Shown piece after piece: positions 49,020 through 63,264 of a stretch of 64,000 nucleotides of DNA. Each line of letters opens with the position of its first letter. The first letter of the stretch is position 1. A program made the position numbers and the translations under genes. Origin of the DNA: Pocillopora damicornis. Taxonomy: Eukaryota. Below the pieces are notes generated by a model. That model saw only the letters and a list, made by a program, of their open reading frames with translations, was not told the DNA's origin and did not search any database. The stretch lies in contig NW_020844003.1 of the NCBI RefSeq assembly GCF_003704095.1, positions 1-64,000 on the forward strand, read 5' to 3'.

Positions 49020-50559
49020 TTCAGTTTCTGTGAACGATAACAAATAATGTAATTTCTAACGTTTGAGTGACGTGGGAACGAATTGGTCAGAAATTAATAT
49101 TCTGATGGCACGTTGAAGAAATTCGCGTGGTATGATGGGAGTTTAGAATTATTTCAACGTTTCGCGGAAAAATCAAGTCATTCTAGGTCGATCAGTCTTA
49201 TGCTTGACTACTTTCGTTTTATATTTGTTGAGATTTTGGTTTTCCAACTCCCTGTAAAATATCATCTACAATCACTGATTTTTCTTTGGGATTAGTAGTC
49301 CAGTCAGGTTAGTTTACCTTTCCTCGGGGTATTGTGCTGCTGCATTAGATGAGGAATACGTTTCCACGCATTTTTTGACCACATTTAAAAGGTGGTTTTT
49401 TTAAAGTGCTTTGTCGGACCTGGCGTAGCACAGATTATTTTTGTAAAACCCCAAATTTCAGTGTGCACATGTTAAGATTGTATCAGGATGCGAATACTAG
49501 AAGACTGACTGACTCATCCTAAAAATATATCAATATATCAGAAGACTATGACAAGCGGTCGAAGATTAATTCTTAGTATCATGGTGTAACCCTGATATAG
49601 CTAAAAGTTGGGTAGGTACGAGTTTCTCTACCCTTACATAAGGAACGAACAGGAATAAAGAACACTTCAGCTACCTGAGGAACATCCTCGTATATTGAAC
49701 GCTCTTGATTAAACAATTTTTCCCTTCCCAGCCAGTCCAGGGGAAATTTTCGGAACAAAGCGTGTCAAACTAGCTACTTAATCATGCAAAATCCTAAATA
49801 TTGAGTTCGCGAGAAAGCTCACGTCAAATTGTCCGATTAAAGCGAAATTAAAATAACTGAGATCGCAGAGCAAATTGTTTAAAACAGTAAACCTCTTTGC
49901 GACTGGATTAGACATTTCGCAATAGTTGGTAGAATGACCAACAATAAAGCTGACGTAGGAGTGGAAGAAATTCAATTAAGAAATAAAAATACCGTGTCTT
50001 ATTTCGTTGGAATGATTTTATTTCAACGAATACCTGATTTGACTTCACGAAAACTTGAAGTTTTTCTTTTTGAAGTGAAAGCTGTTTTCCATCCGGCGAA
50101 AAATTTTATCGCTAAGAGTTCCTTTTAAGCTCGAACCAGCCTGAGAATTTATTTCGATTTGCGATTCACCGTGGTTCTCTTTTAAAAAGGCTTGACTGGT
50201 TTTCGAGAGAGCTGATCTCCCGCCGAACTTTTGACAGAAAATTCAATTTTTGCATCGGCGTGGAATGTAAACGAAGAAAAGTGGTGTTACCACAGTTCAG
50301 CCATTCAATTTAATTGATCATTAACAGTTCAAATTTGAAAGAAATCGGATGGAAAATTGCGACGCAAACTTGAATGGTCATTGAAAAGATTCAAGAAGTG
50401 AAATTAATCTTCAGATCAACGCAGGTTTATACATAGAAATATGGAAAGTAAAGTTAAAGCTTTGTAATCGGACAGAGAAAGACTAATGTAATTTATTATT
50501 AGTTGAAACAGATTAACAACGTCTCTCTTTACTTTTAGTGGGTATTAGCGTTTTCCAAA

Positions 50560-50832
50560 AAAAAAAAATGCTGGACGGTTTTGATGAGTTTTGAAAATGG
50601 CTGTATTTCTACACGCATGGTAGGAAGTTTCCTATGGGAAAGCTCTTGATAAGACGCAGAAACGTTTAAATTAAATACGGAACTACGTAGTACTATTATT
50701 CGCTATTCTGGTAAAAAATCAAAACAGCGCTTTCAAAGCTATAAAATATGACAGCAGTACCTTTTTACGATTAATTCTGATTGAGCTTTCCAGATAGTCT
50801 ATTTGCTGTACCTTGGGCGAAAGAAGAAGATT
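50560..50832 (+). repeat. Interspersed repeat fragment, direct copy at ~55005-55270 (APEX1 intron 2)
   Basis: Shared blocks GCTGGAC.GTTTTG...GAAAATG.CTGTATT and AATTCTGATTGAGCTTT.CAGATAGTCTAT.TGCTGTACCTTGGG. Confidence 0.75.
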
Positions 50833-52076
50833 GTTTGTTTAAACTCGACGCTAGAACAAGAATGTTGTCTTCTTTCATTCGAGGTTGACTATGAACGAAC
50901 TAATACTTGTTAAGGTTGTTCCAACCTGAGTAATTAGTTCTGCTTCAGTTATAGTCAAACTTACTTTTCTCTCTTGCGAAACAACTTTTCTTTGCTTCCA
51001 ATTATAGCTTCACCTCTCTTCGAAAATGAGTGAAGAAAGTCACTGAACATAGACACGGGGATTTAAAATCAATTAGGTTCTTAAGCGGCCTGAGTTTCCA
51101 TTTGTTTGGATCAATTTCAGCGGGGATCTTTCATGCATGCATAGCTAAACAGATTGCCATTGGATGCGTTAAATTTTCAGCAGCAACCAGATTTTCTTGC
51201 TTGATGTTGTACTTCGTGCAATTCTGTTAGATGCTCATTCAATGTTGACTGCGACCGACAGTCTATCAAAAAGACGGTTGGAATTTTTAAAGTATCTGAG
51301 TCGTTATACTCCAAAAAAAATCTATCGAAGTGATTCTGGGTGGAAAGTAAAGAACGAAAGTTATAAAATACGGTATTTTTTTCCCCAAAAGATTCTTGTT
51401 TGTTTGTTTGGCACATAAAAAAAAAAAAAAAACAAAGCAGAAACGCGGTTGGAAAAAGCGTCCTGTATTTCGACCGGCATACCATTAAGCACTTTTCCTC
51501 GATTCCCGAATTTTTCGATTCTACGTGTCAACTGACAATTATCTTCCTAACTGCTAATGGCCCAATTTTAATTTGCTTTTCACACATCCTAAATGAACAC
51601 TCATATCTAGATTGGTGCCGCTTTAAAATTTACGAGCTCTTATAAAATACTGAGAAATGTATTCAGATATGGAACCATTGAGTTGAAAAAACCGTGCGCG
51701 CAAAGAATATATTTTGTCCTATATTTTTTGTATCGGGGGTGTTAGGTCAGACTAAAAATTCCTTTTTGTCAACGATTCTAAAGTTTCTTTATTCACATAG
51801 TTACTTGCTAAAAACCAGTCGTTAGACACTTTAATCTCCCTAATAATTCTATGCAGCATAGAGCAGTTTGCGGCCTTTCGTTACATCTAGGCAGTTCGGA
51901 AAGCCGCAAAACTCTAAAACAAAAGTTATCCTTTCAAATCGGCACTCTTTATCTCCACGGTATTAACGAGCGCTTTTCATTCAACTAATCTATTCTTGTT
52001 TTTTCGTCACCGTATTACCACGTAGCGTAGCTCCATTTCCGCATATAACTCCACACACAACCGACAATTTCTCCAA

Positions 52077-52232
52077 TCGCTCTGAGGAGGGCTAACGCTC
52101 GGAACGTTAGCCTTCAAACTCTTTAAGGTGGCCAATTTACGTTATCAACTCAGTTGAAAAGGACTAAATTACCCAGTTATACTCTCCCACCGACTCAGAA
52201 CAACAGTTTCCCTAAGAAACTTACCCCCTTTA
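52077..52232 (+). mobile_element. Penelope-like/retrozyme-type repeat with degenerate minimal hammerhead, copy 1
   Basis: GCT-CTGAGGA-GGGC-TAAC-GCTC-GGAA-CGTT-AGC, followed by a ~120-bp conserved body. Confidence 0.65.
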
Positions 52233-52595
52233 TCTAGTTTCTCCCGGCCTAATTGGAATTTCTATAATTGAAGTTCACCTTTCTTAATTTGACTACGCTG
52301 ATATTAAATTGCTTTGTGATGATCAGAGGCTTAGCAACTTGAATTCACGTCTAAAAATGAGAACTTTTCAAGTTTTTTTTACGCAATTTACGTTTCACGG
52401 TAAACTGAAAACAAATTTCACGGATCAATTGTCTTCTATCTTCTCTTTTATTTGTCTCAAGGTCTGTAAAGAATTAGATTTCACTCTTTGCTTTCACGCA
52501 CGAATTTGATAAAAATCCACGTATCACGTAAAATTTATGCTTTGCATTTTAATTTTGGCGTTAATCACGCGTTATGTATAAACCCAAAGCTGCGA

Positions 52596-52699
52596 TCGCT
52601 CTGACGAAGGGCTAACATTCGAAATGTCAGCTTTTTCACTCTTTACGGTGGCCAATTTACGTTTTCAACTCAGTTGTTAACACTAAATTACCTGCTATA

Positions 52700-52738
<39 letters not shown>

Positions 52739-52747
52739 TGCCCCCAC
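52596..52747 (+). mobile_element. Penelope-like/retrozyme-type repeat with degenerate minimal hammerhead, copy 2
   Basis: GCT-CTGACGA-AGGGC-TAAC-ATTC-GAAA-TGTC-AGC, followed by the same body as 52077-52232. Confidence 0.65.
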
Positions 52748-53613
52748 TGTTATTGGCTGCCAAATACGCAACAGAAGATGAAGCTGGTTCACTTGCATCA
52801 TTCGAACCACTTATTTATGCATTATTCCAATGTCATTGTAGACATTTCAGTTAATTCACGACAAACAATATTGTTTATAAATCACCTTTAATTCAAATGT
52901 TCGTTCACGCTGCACGTTTCGTAAACTTTGCCCCGTTTACTCGGTATACAATTCTGACGAACTAGACTCAATCAAACTGTTTTAATCCATTCTCGTATTC
53001 ACCCATTTACAACGGGTGTGTAAAGAGCTACTCCGCATAACTTGTAAGGAATCACTCTCTTATACTATATTCTCTACATTATGATTGGTTGTTGCTAAGC
53101 ACTGATTTAAAAGATCATTCAAGGTTGCGTCGATCATGCAAACCGATCAAAGTCCCAAAATCATGAAAGGCGGCGCTTCTAGCTCTTGACATAATGTTCA
53201 CACTCACCATCTAACATGTGTCACGCACGAGTCTCAAAGTCTCCGACACACGGATCGACAATAACTGAAAACCAAAATCACGTTTCACGAGAGAAAAATT
53301 ACAGTAAACTATCCCATTGAGTGGACTGGGGCGAGCCCCAACAAGACGCGTGTCGAGTAGGTTTGCACCTTTGGTTTTCTGGGATACAAGTAGATACAGC
53401 AAAATATCGAGAGTTTCAAATAAAACTGCCACAACCAGAAAATCGGCTAGAGATGCAGAAAAACCCAAAGCATAGGGCTAGACTGACTCTTACCAGACCC
53501 CTGCTCCGTCAAGCCTTCCCCCAGTCACGTACAATTCGTGTTGCATACAAGACATACTAATGAACTGTGGCGCTAATAGTATAGAGATTCTCTGAACATC
53601 GCAATCGGCCAGG

Positions 53614-56600
53614 ATGCCACCGAAAAAGAATAAAGAATCAGAGGTAAGGTTTTCTATTCTTGGAAACCAACACATCGATAGCTAGATCTAGCAGCTGATT
53701 AGCAAAATCAAGCTTTAAATGTGACAAATACTGCAAAACTCAGTATGGAATTTCCACGCACATGTGCGCTACACTGTACTTATCAGTGTTTCATATGCCA
53801 CGCAACAAAAACTTTGGTTGAACTTTTCTTTGATTTTAAAAAAAGAATCAGAAAGTATTTTTGATTTTCTTTTTAATATTTGTAATAGGAAAAAAATTGT
53901 AAGTCTGATTACTCATCAAATCGCGTGATTTTTTTTATCGCGATTTCAAGTTGCTTGACTACCATGTTCCAACTGAGGTATTTTGATTTTTTAACGCTCT
54001 ATTTTTCGTTAAACTTTACGATGGTTTTGCTATGAATCAAAACAAATAAAAAAACTTCTTCTTTTATGATGAAATCATTTGGAAATCCATAGAGAAAAGA
54101 ATGAAGGAAATTAATTTAATCAGCGACAATTATCAGATATGTTCTGGATGATATAATGAATTAAAATTATGATAATTTATTTAGATGTCAATGTAGCCAC
54201 GGCTATTTGTTCCAGCGAGTGACTGACTTTTAATTTCTCCCTAAAGTTTCACCCTTGAATCAAATGTAAAAGTCAAGAATAAAGGAAATGATCACCAATT
54301 TAAGAAGCTCCTGACTGTCAAACAAATTCTCCTTTTCAGAAAAGACCTTGTAGACCTCCCTTTTCTTCCCACAAATAATTTCACTTTTCAATATCAGATG
54401 ACTTCTCAGAAACTTCTAAAGTATCCTTAGAACCCATCATGATTGTTTTAATGTTGGCTAAATCCTTGTAATATTTATCCACATTGCAAATGGTAATTTA
54501 GTCTTGATTCAGGAATGCAATGATATTTCTGGCTTATCCCTATGAACCACTCCATTAAATACTGCATGTAAAAATGAATCATTGTTTATCTGATCCTGAA
54601 GAGACTGTGATCTAGCAGTTGAAAAGGGCAAGATTATACATAGTACCCAAAAATAATATTGTTGTGGATCATTTATTTAATATTTGCAAAGGGAGGCAAA
54701 GGAAAAGGAAAACGCCCTGCTAAGAAAAACACAGCTGATGATGGTGAACCCAAATCTAAAAAGGCAAAGAATGTGGATGTCGAATCTGAAGAATCCATTG
54801 AGGATGGGCAGGACGATGGGGATATCGACTATGCATGTGCATCTACTAGCAAGTAAGTGACTTATGATATTATCTTATTACCCAGTAGATGCTGCAGTGA
54901 TGGTATTTTGAGTGAAACCACTGAAAAACTAAAGCTTATTGATGGAAAATCCAATAACCCAGTTTTAGTTCTCAATAAATCTTACTAGTTAAAGCTTTTT
55001 GAGAAAAATTGCTGGACAGTTTTGCTGACTTTGGAAAATGACTGTATTCCTGCATGCATGGGTGGAGTTTCTTAACTGAGAGCTCCTGAAAAGACACAAA
55101 AAGGTTTAAGAACAGAACTACACAATACGATTATTCTCTATTCAGGTGAGAAATCAAAACAGTGCTTTCATTTATGCTATCAAATATGAGAACCAGTACT
55201 CTTTACTATCAATTCTGATTGAGCTTTTCAGATAGTCTATCTGCTGTACCTTGGGTGGAAGAAAAAGATTAGATAAAATTAGATAAAAAGCAACAGAATA
55301 AATTTTCAATGGCAGTGTGTGATGTGATGTATGTGCTCATAATAATTGGTTGCCATAGTGATAAAGAATTAGAATTTGCCTATGGTTAAGTTTTTTATTT
55401 CTTTATATACATGGCTTAAAACTATTTAATTTGCATTGTTATTTTTATTAAAAATTTTCATCTTTGTAGGAAGTGGAATTTTAAAATTTCATCTTGGAAT
55501 GTTAATGGAATCCGAGCTTGCCTGGTAAGAACACTGTATAGATCTGCATTTATGTTTTGTGTAATGTTTACTAGCAAGAGGTAATAGTCATTCAGTTGCA
55601 GAGGCTTCCAAAATTATTGTTAATATTATAAAAATGCACCTGAAGGGTAGTGACTGTGCAAGATGCAGGTTAGTATCACGAAGTTGCAGTTGAAGACTAA
55701 AATTAAGAAATGTCCCATATGTTCACAGAATATAGACTGAAATACTATGGCACCTTGTCTAATGATCATCTATTACCACTTTTTTTTTTTACAAACCAAA
55801 TTTTGTCTCACAATCAGATGATAATAATGTAATTGTTATATGATCCATACAGCCCTGCATCTGTAATTCCATAGAAAACCTTAGTGAAAGATGATGGGTA
55901 TAGTGCTGGGTGGGTTGACATGAGCCAGTCCAGAAACAGCTGTCTGGCCTTGCACTCAGCAGCTTTGTTACAAAAAAATTAAATAAAAGGAAAAAAGAGA
56001 GTTAAAGAAGTTGCATTTTTTGCTGATTTGTGTTTTTATTGTTCTGACTTAAAAAACAAAGGAAAATTTTTTATTGTAGAATCTTTTTTGTGGGTTTCTG
56101 TGAGTGCCCAGTTGTTGTATCCTATTTAAGCTGAGACAAAATTTTTGAAATTTTCAACATTTAGTGGTCATGTGATAAAATGCTTGTTGACTGAATTTGA
56201 TCGGCCTCATGGGAAAATATTTGGCTCTTGAGTTTAGTTCTCTTTTGTGTGAGGACCAGTTAGCTGACACTTAATACTCACAAAGTGTGGAAGACAATTT
56301 GATAGGTATCATAATATCTTTGGTATTAATTTTTTCTTTATTTTTTTGCAATGCGTACAGAGTTACAAGGATTTGAATAAAATACCTAAATGTGTTACAA
56401 ATACTTCATAGCCAATTAGCGAATTGCTTTTGGATTTCATTTTCATTTTTTGTTTCTTTAGAAACATGGCTCGACGTTGGCTTACATGAAAAATGAAGAT
56501 GCTGATGTTTTTTGTATACAGGAGACTAAATGCCCAGAGAAAGATATTCCAAAGGTCCTTAGTAACCCAAATTTTACTCAAATCTGATACCTAAAGTATA

Positions 56601-59600
56601 TAGTTTAATTAAACCCTTTAACTCCCAAGATCTCTTTAGTAATTCTCCCTACTGTCTGCAATAAAATACTTATGATTTAAATTTGGAGAATTTGATATTG
56701 GATCAAATTGTAGTCCCCTGATTGAGTTTTCTTCTTTATTCCCCTCACTAGTCTGCTTGATTCTGTGTTGATATAGTAAGGAGAAATTCTGTCTTGGTCA
56801 CTCATGGGAGTTGAAGGGTTAGTTGTAAATTTAAAGGGTGTGTGACTTTTGATGGGACTTCAAAATTCTTTGTGTGTTTTTCAAGGAAATACAAGTCAGA
56901 GATGTCACCACCTCTTTGCCTCTGTCCTCAGAGGAGAACTAATTAGAGACTAAGAAAGGATAGGCAAGTGAAACCACAACAGGAGAACCTCGAGAAAGCT
57001 GACTGCTGTGGAATCACATCACTGAAATGCATAGAAAACAATTTGACCCTATAGAAGAATAGCAGCATGTTATCAAAATGTTATTATTCACATTGGAAGT
57101 GTTGTCATTCTTATCCAAATGAAAATGCTTTCTTTTGATATCAAATATGGTGATTATTACAGGAGGTGAAAGTTTTTTTTTTGAGATGTCTGCTAGTAAG
57201 TGCAAGAAAATTTGTTGCAGTACATCTTACTAATAAATATGAAGAATTTCGTTTCATAACTTTTGAATCATAGATTTCACTTTAATTTTAACTTTAAATT
57301 TTTATTGAATGTATCTTTTTTAAGGAAATAAAGCTTCCTGGATATCATACCTACTGGGCAGAAGGACAAACAAAGGGGTACAGTGGAGTTGGGTGAGTTT
57401 CATGACTCTTACATGAATTCATAACTTATTCTACTGTGTGAGTTTATAGTGGTTTAATTGGCTTTAGGTCACAAGGAGATCTCCTTTAGGATAAGAAGTT
57501 TGTCCTTTGCAGGTGACAAATCTCCACCATTTTATCTACACTGTGAGAATGCGCAATGACATCACCATTGCCTTACCAGCACAGCGGTTAAACGTAGGTC
57601 ATGCGCAAAGGGATCAATATTGGCATATAAAACATAAAAAACAACTGCTGTCATGCGAAGACACATTGATACGTTAAATATGGAAAAGAAAAACTCAAGA
57701 CTTCTGATACACAAATCGTATTTAATTACAGATGTCAAGCTAATTTATCATTTTTTTGAGCGTTATCGAAAAAAAGAGAGTTAAAAGAAAAGTTAAAAAA
57801 AGTTATCGGTTTTCTGGTGTGAGACAACTTGGTATTTAACAGCCTGAAAGCACGCCACCTCGAGGCCACCTCTACAACGGTCACACATGCGCAGACGTTT
57901 GACCGCTGTCTTGGCTTGATTTGGGATCTTTTTATCTGGAGCTCACTGAGCTGACCAACTTTTAGACCGTAGTTTCTTTACCCATACTGTATCTATTTAA
58001 TTAAACGCTGCCCTTGAATAAATAAATGCCGCCCTCGCAGTAATGCCGTCCTCCCATCAACTCAGCATCGGAAACGCTAAAAATGTTTTGAGTGCCGTGA
58101 CAGGTGTTAACTTGCAAAAATATGCTTCACAGTGTACGTACAGTTGTTTTATCACTTACGTGGTGGTTATTGTGTTCCTGCAGACTTTGCAGCAAAGTAA
58201 AGCCTATAAATGTATCATATGGCATAGGTCAGTAAAATGATATACAGGTATTCTTATTACAAAACTATACTTGATAAATCACTGACAATAATATCAATAT
58301 CTTTTCTTGTGCTCGAGAAGAAATGGATAATTTTTGAGTCTATAAAGTGAGACGGTAAGAAGAGGTCCAACTCATTTTCAAAGTTACTCGACGTTTCCTA
58401 ACGCGTGCTGAAAATTTTCCAAGGCATCAGAAAATCAGAAGTCTCTGAGATATATTTATTTATGTGAAAGTCCTATATTTTTATGTCTGTTTCGAGCTAA
58501 GTTCGCTGACAAATTTTCGAAATTTGTCAGTCGAGGCTGTGATGGGGCAAAAATATTCGAAGCAGGAGAAAACGTTAAAGGTTAAAACTTTTGAACTGAG
58601 GACAGAGAATAGCGCTGAAGCCGTGAGAGTTGGCAAGTAGAGTACGTATTTGTCGTTCATGTCCAACACTCCTTACTGTCTCTACAGGGATCTCGGAGCA
58701 TGACAATGAAGGACGAGTCATTACGGCTGAATTTGAAGACTTCTATTTAGTAACAGCCTGTAAGTATTTCATATCTTTGTCTCACGATATAGTGTCTCAA
58801 CTTCTCGACTGCCAAGATTCAATTAGTAATTCCCCTTACTAACTGCCATAATTTTCCTTGTATATTAGACAGGGGAATTTGGTTTCACTCAATGATAACA
58901 CCCTCCAGCTGATAATCTTGTTTGTTCTTATTTAGATATACCGAATTCAGGAAGAGGACTTACAAGGTAATGTTGCTGTTTCTTTCCCATGAAATCATAT
59001 GGCATCTGTATGTAAATGTTTCCCTTTGAATTAAATTTTATTCTGTATAAAACACACAAGAATATGTAGCCGTATACTTTTGGGTTCTACGATTAAAAAT
59101 TGCAACGGAAGGTGCTTTCTACAAGCTAAAAAATATCATCCTTAGGCTGTAGAATTTAAACTGACTTGCAGGTCGATTTGACATCACCGTAGTTTTTAAA
59201 AGCGGACAAAAAAATGATACAAATTTGTTTGGCAACACTACAACATTAAAGGAATTTTAATTGAGTCTCGATAGTGATCCAGTTTGCTTTGGAGGTACTG
59301 AATTTTGTTTTGTGATTGGTTCAGAAAACTCACGCCATCCTCTCAACCAATTAGATGCAAAGCTGGAAACAATCGCGACTTGGTCGCTCGCGTTTTCCCG
59401 CGCTTCAAGCAGTTTCCTTGTTTTCGCTTTGTTCACTTCGAGTTTCATCGGCTAATGATTGACTGCTGGGACTAATTTGATTTGCTTTTCGACATTCAGT
59501 TGAAAACTGTTCTGATTTGTGTTTAGGCTTGAGTATCGCCAGGGCTGGGATAAAGATTTCAGAGAATACCTCAAGGAACTGGACAATAAGAAACCTGTTG

Positions 59601-61067
59601 TCCTGTGCGGAGACCTCAATGTAGCTCATAAGGAAATTGGTATGTAATGCTTATGGAGATTCATACTATTGAGAGCATTTGTTTGAATTATGGACCAGTC
59701 ATTTTTTATCGCCAGGGGAGGTTTTTCGGGATGGCGGATCACACGGTTTTCAGGGGGGAACGGTGGGGATCAGTCGTCGCCAACAGAGTATAGGAAGAAT
59801 AAAGAACCAGTGAGAATTCAAAGTAAAAACAACCAAACTGCCTAAAACGCGGGAAAACGCGGGCGACCAAGTCGAAATTGGTTCAAATTTTGCATCTCAT
59901 TGGCGGAGAGAGTAGCGTGAGTTTTCTGGACCAATCACAGAGCGGAGTAAAGCAAAACCAATGCGATCCCGAATTACTTTTCACACTTGAGTGAAAATTT
60001 CTCTATTACGTTCAACACCAATTGCTGTTTGTTTGTTTGTTTTTTTTTTTAGATCTAGCGAATCCGAAAACAAACACAAAAACAGCAGGCTTCACCAAAG
60101 AAGAACGCCAAGATTTCACTGAATTGCTCGAAGAAGGTTTCGTCGATTCTTTTCGTCATTTTTATCCCAACAAAACCAAGCAGTATTCGTTTTGGTCTTA
60201 CATGAGGAACGCTCGCGCAAAGAATGTTGGCTGGTACGTTGAAAATTATGCAAAGGTTAAATAAGTTTTGTGTCGAATCGAGATTTTCTCACAGCCATTT
60301 TGTGTTGCAGCTATTTACAGTGTTTCGTTTTGTAGTTATAGTGTAACGATGAACGTTCGTATTTTCTCGTAATGTATTCCATATTATTTATGTTTCGCTT
60401 CAAAGTTTTCCTTGATTTGAAATGTCTTAAACAATTTAATTTTTTCTTTTCTCGTTTTAAATTAACGCGCTCATCTGAGACAAATAAAAATAACAGTTAG
60501 ACCGATTTGGAAAACTTTTAATCAAGAAAACGTTTAAACCAATCTTTCGAAGTAAAAAGTTTTTCGTTGCTGCTGCACTTTTCTGCTGGAAACTTTGAAC
60601 ATTATCGACTTTGGCAAACAACTTGTGAAGGACACTTCCCTGAAACTTTTTACAATTTCCTTGACACAACATTATCCCTAAAGGAGTAAGTTGGGAATGT
60701 ATTGATGTTATGTGAACTATTGTAATTTCCTGACGGTGTACCATTGATAGCTGAAGTCATTACTCTTTCCTTGTTGGAAACGAAAAACCTAAAACAAAGA
60801 CAGATTAACAGTCCAATACCAAAACTTTGAATACTTTAATTTTAAACATCACTATTCAACTCGGCCATGATTTCACTAAGGAACGTCAGGAAGTCGCATC
60901 CTTAAATAAAAGTATAGTATTTGATATGGTTTGTTTTCTCTCATTGTAGGCGCCTGGACTACTTTGTAGTTTCCGAGAGACTGGTGCCTAAGTTGTCCGA
61001 TAGTCTCATCCGCATGCGTGTTAAAGGGAGTGACCACTGCCCGGTTGTGTTACTGCTGGCCATTTAG
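53614..61067 (+). CDS. APEX1: DNA-(apurinic/apyrimidinic site) endonuclease 1 (ExoIII family), 11 coding exons
   Basis: Exons 53614-53643, 54692-54852, 55470-55524 ([12 protein letters not shown]), 56462-56554 (CIQETK), 57325-57392 (GYSGVG), 58184-58227, 58688-58759 (EGRVIT), 58936-58966 (YIPNSG), 59527-59639 (GDLNVAH), 60053-60233 (AGFT..ER; SFWSY) and 60950-61067 (RLDYF; GSDHCP). All phases are consistent. Confidence 0.96.
59260..60000. repeat. Pair of oppositely oriented copies of one repeat family (59260-59455 and 59810-60000) flanking APEX1 exon 9
   Basis: GTGATTGGTTCAGAAAACTCACGC ... GACTTGGTCGCTCGCGTTTTCCCGCG versus CGCGGGAAAACGCGGGCGACCAAGTC ... GCGTGAGTTTTCTGGACCAATCAC. Confidence 0.85.
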
Positions 61068-63264
61068 GCGCCACAGTGTGCATGTTTGTGTAACTTTGCC
61101 GTGTGTCAATCAATGGAACAAACCATACCTCTGGGAAATCTTTGGGAATTAGCTTACTATTGTAATTAAAGTTTTAATTTAGGAATTTGTTACCGTTTTG
61201 CTCACATTTGAGACATTTGGAAACGCATTTTTTATGTTTTCAATACAAATGTTGTAATTTTAAAGTAATGTTAAAACACGTTTTTTATCAAATTGCTGAG
61301 TTAAGTAATATAAAGTAAAATAATTCTGTTTAATAAATTTTCACTCAAACTCAGCGGAAGTTTTGTTGTTTTGTGCCAAAACAAAGTCCCTCGAAGCTTC
61401 ATTCACGGGACTTCCTCGGGATGCGGGACAACGAAATAAGTCTTCCCAGTCGAGATTTTCCTTGAGTCATACTTCAAGTGAGATAACAGTTACAAATACG
61501 CAAACGTATTTCAGACGAGATCAAAGTTCTTGTTCTTGAGAGGAGCTTTTCCTTTGGAAGAACTTTGCCAAAAGAGGCGATCCACGATGTCTCCTTGAAG
61601 TATTGCCACTGAATCAAAGATTAAGCGCACGAGAAAAAAGGAAATCATCACAAATTAAAAATACTCTTCTTCTTCCATAAGGAAGGTGTGACGAAAAGTG
61701 AGGAGAACATGCATACTGATGTTAAGGCGTTTATGGCAAATACTACATCTCCAAAACAAAACCGAATGACGGCATAAGACTAAAGAGAACGAGACACTTT
61801 CCACATTTTCGTTTATTCCAGCTTTCCCTTAACGTAAAAATTTCATAGGGATTCAATTTGCGTCCAATGTAAATAACTATGTTAGTTACTCTATATTCCT
61901 TGTTTGGCCAAAATAACCATTGCTTATAAATAACAAAGCTTGAAAAATATTGTTAAATCTTGAAAATATACACCGCCCATCTGCTCGTAAATTATATAAA
62001 TAATAAGGAGGTACAACCCAAATACATTGCAGATAAATATTCGCATCAAATTGAGATCGATCGTGCCCCTCTTGAATCCATTTTTCTTCTCATTTTAGCT
62101 CTTTTTGTTACGTTGTTTTAAGTAGATAACATAAATAGGGAACTACAGCCAATACACAACTTGTTATTTAAGATTACGCGTCATCACTTTACCATAGTAC
62201 AAAAGGCAAAACTTAACTGTCTTAAACGAAGCCTTAGCACAGTGGCTTCAAAGGCCCAGAGTGAAAACTGAAAATTGTTAGTAAGACTAATTTTTAACCA
62301 CATGTTTCCTTGCAGTTAAAAGAGAAGTGTGCTCCAGAAACTACGTCATTTCTATCACCATAATCATCAATTATAGGTAAAGAGTTACTCCTTCTCTTTC
62401 TGAAGGTTAAGTCTCTTTGTGGAATCTCAAAACGCAGTCCTTACCGTAATCTCAGGTACACTATTTAAAAGCGAAGGTCAAATACAAATAATTCCTGTAG
62501 CATAATTCTCCTTTTAGTCCATATGGTATTGTGTTTTGGTTTCCCTTCCCTCGGATGATTTTAAAAATGAAACTACTTGTCAACTCCACGTAATTTTGAA
62601 ACTCGATGTATCATAAATAATATTTGCTAGTAATGCAGTATGGGAATTGAATATTATAGAAAAAAAATGGGTATATATTAATGAAACTTATTTTGCGAAT
62701 TGAGAGTGTATGCGTTTATTGATGAGGACATTTACTCGAGGGAGAATGAAGAACAGAGGACGCACATGGATGGAGAAACCTAAAGTCTAGTCACCAAAAT
62801 CATTATTTATGAAAAATGTTCCCTGATAAAAATAACATTTCCCAACCCCTAGCTTCTAGTCCTATATATTTTAAGTACCTACTTCTCAAAAGGATAAATT
62901 TTCAACCAATCAAAATAACGTATTTGGAGCAAGACCTCCACAAATTCAAGAAGGTAGGAAAAAGAGATGAATTATGGACCTATGAATTTTCCTTGACATG
63001 TCGTCAAATTTTTATATTCCCCGTCCCAAAATAAATTTCCGCTACTACTTTTCCCTGACTAAAAGAAATCTTACTAAAGCATAACTCATGGCCTGTGGGA
63101 GCCATGATACCCTAAAAGGCAATGGGGGTTACCCTAATTCACTTAAGCAAGTGTGCAAAATACTCGCTACCTTACAGGAAAGGCGTTGAAATTTCTAATA
63201 ACACACACACTCATACTGAAAGACTTTTCTAACGAAGCGCTTTCCCAGCAGTCATTGCGTACTT

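Noticed and set aside
54421-54430. U12-type donor-like GTATCCTTAG
   Set aside because: It is mid-intron with no adjacent exon, and the APEX1 model is complete with U2 introns.
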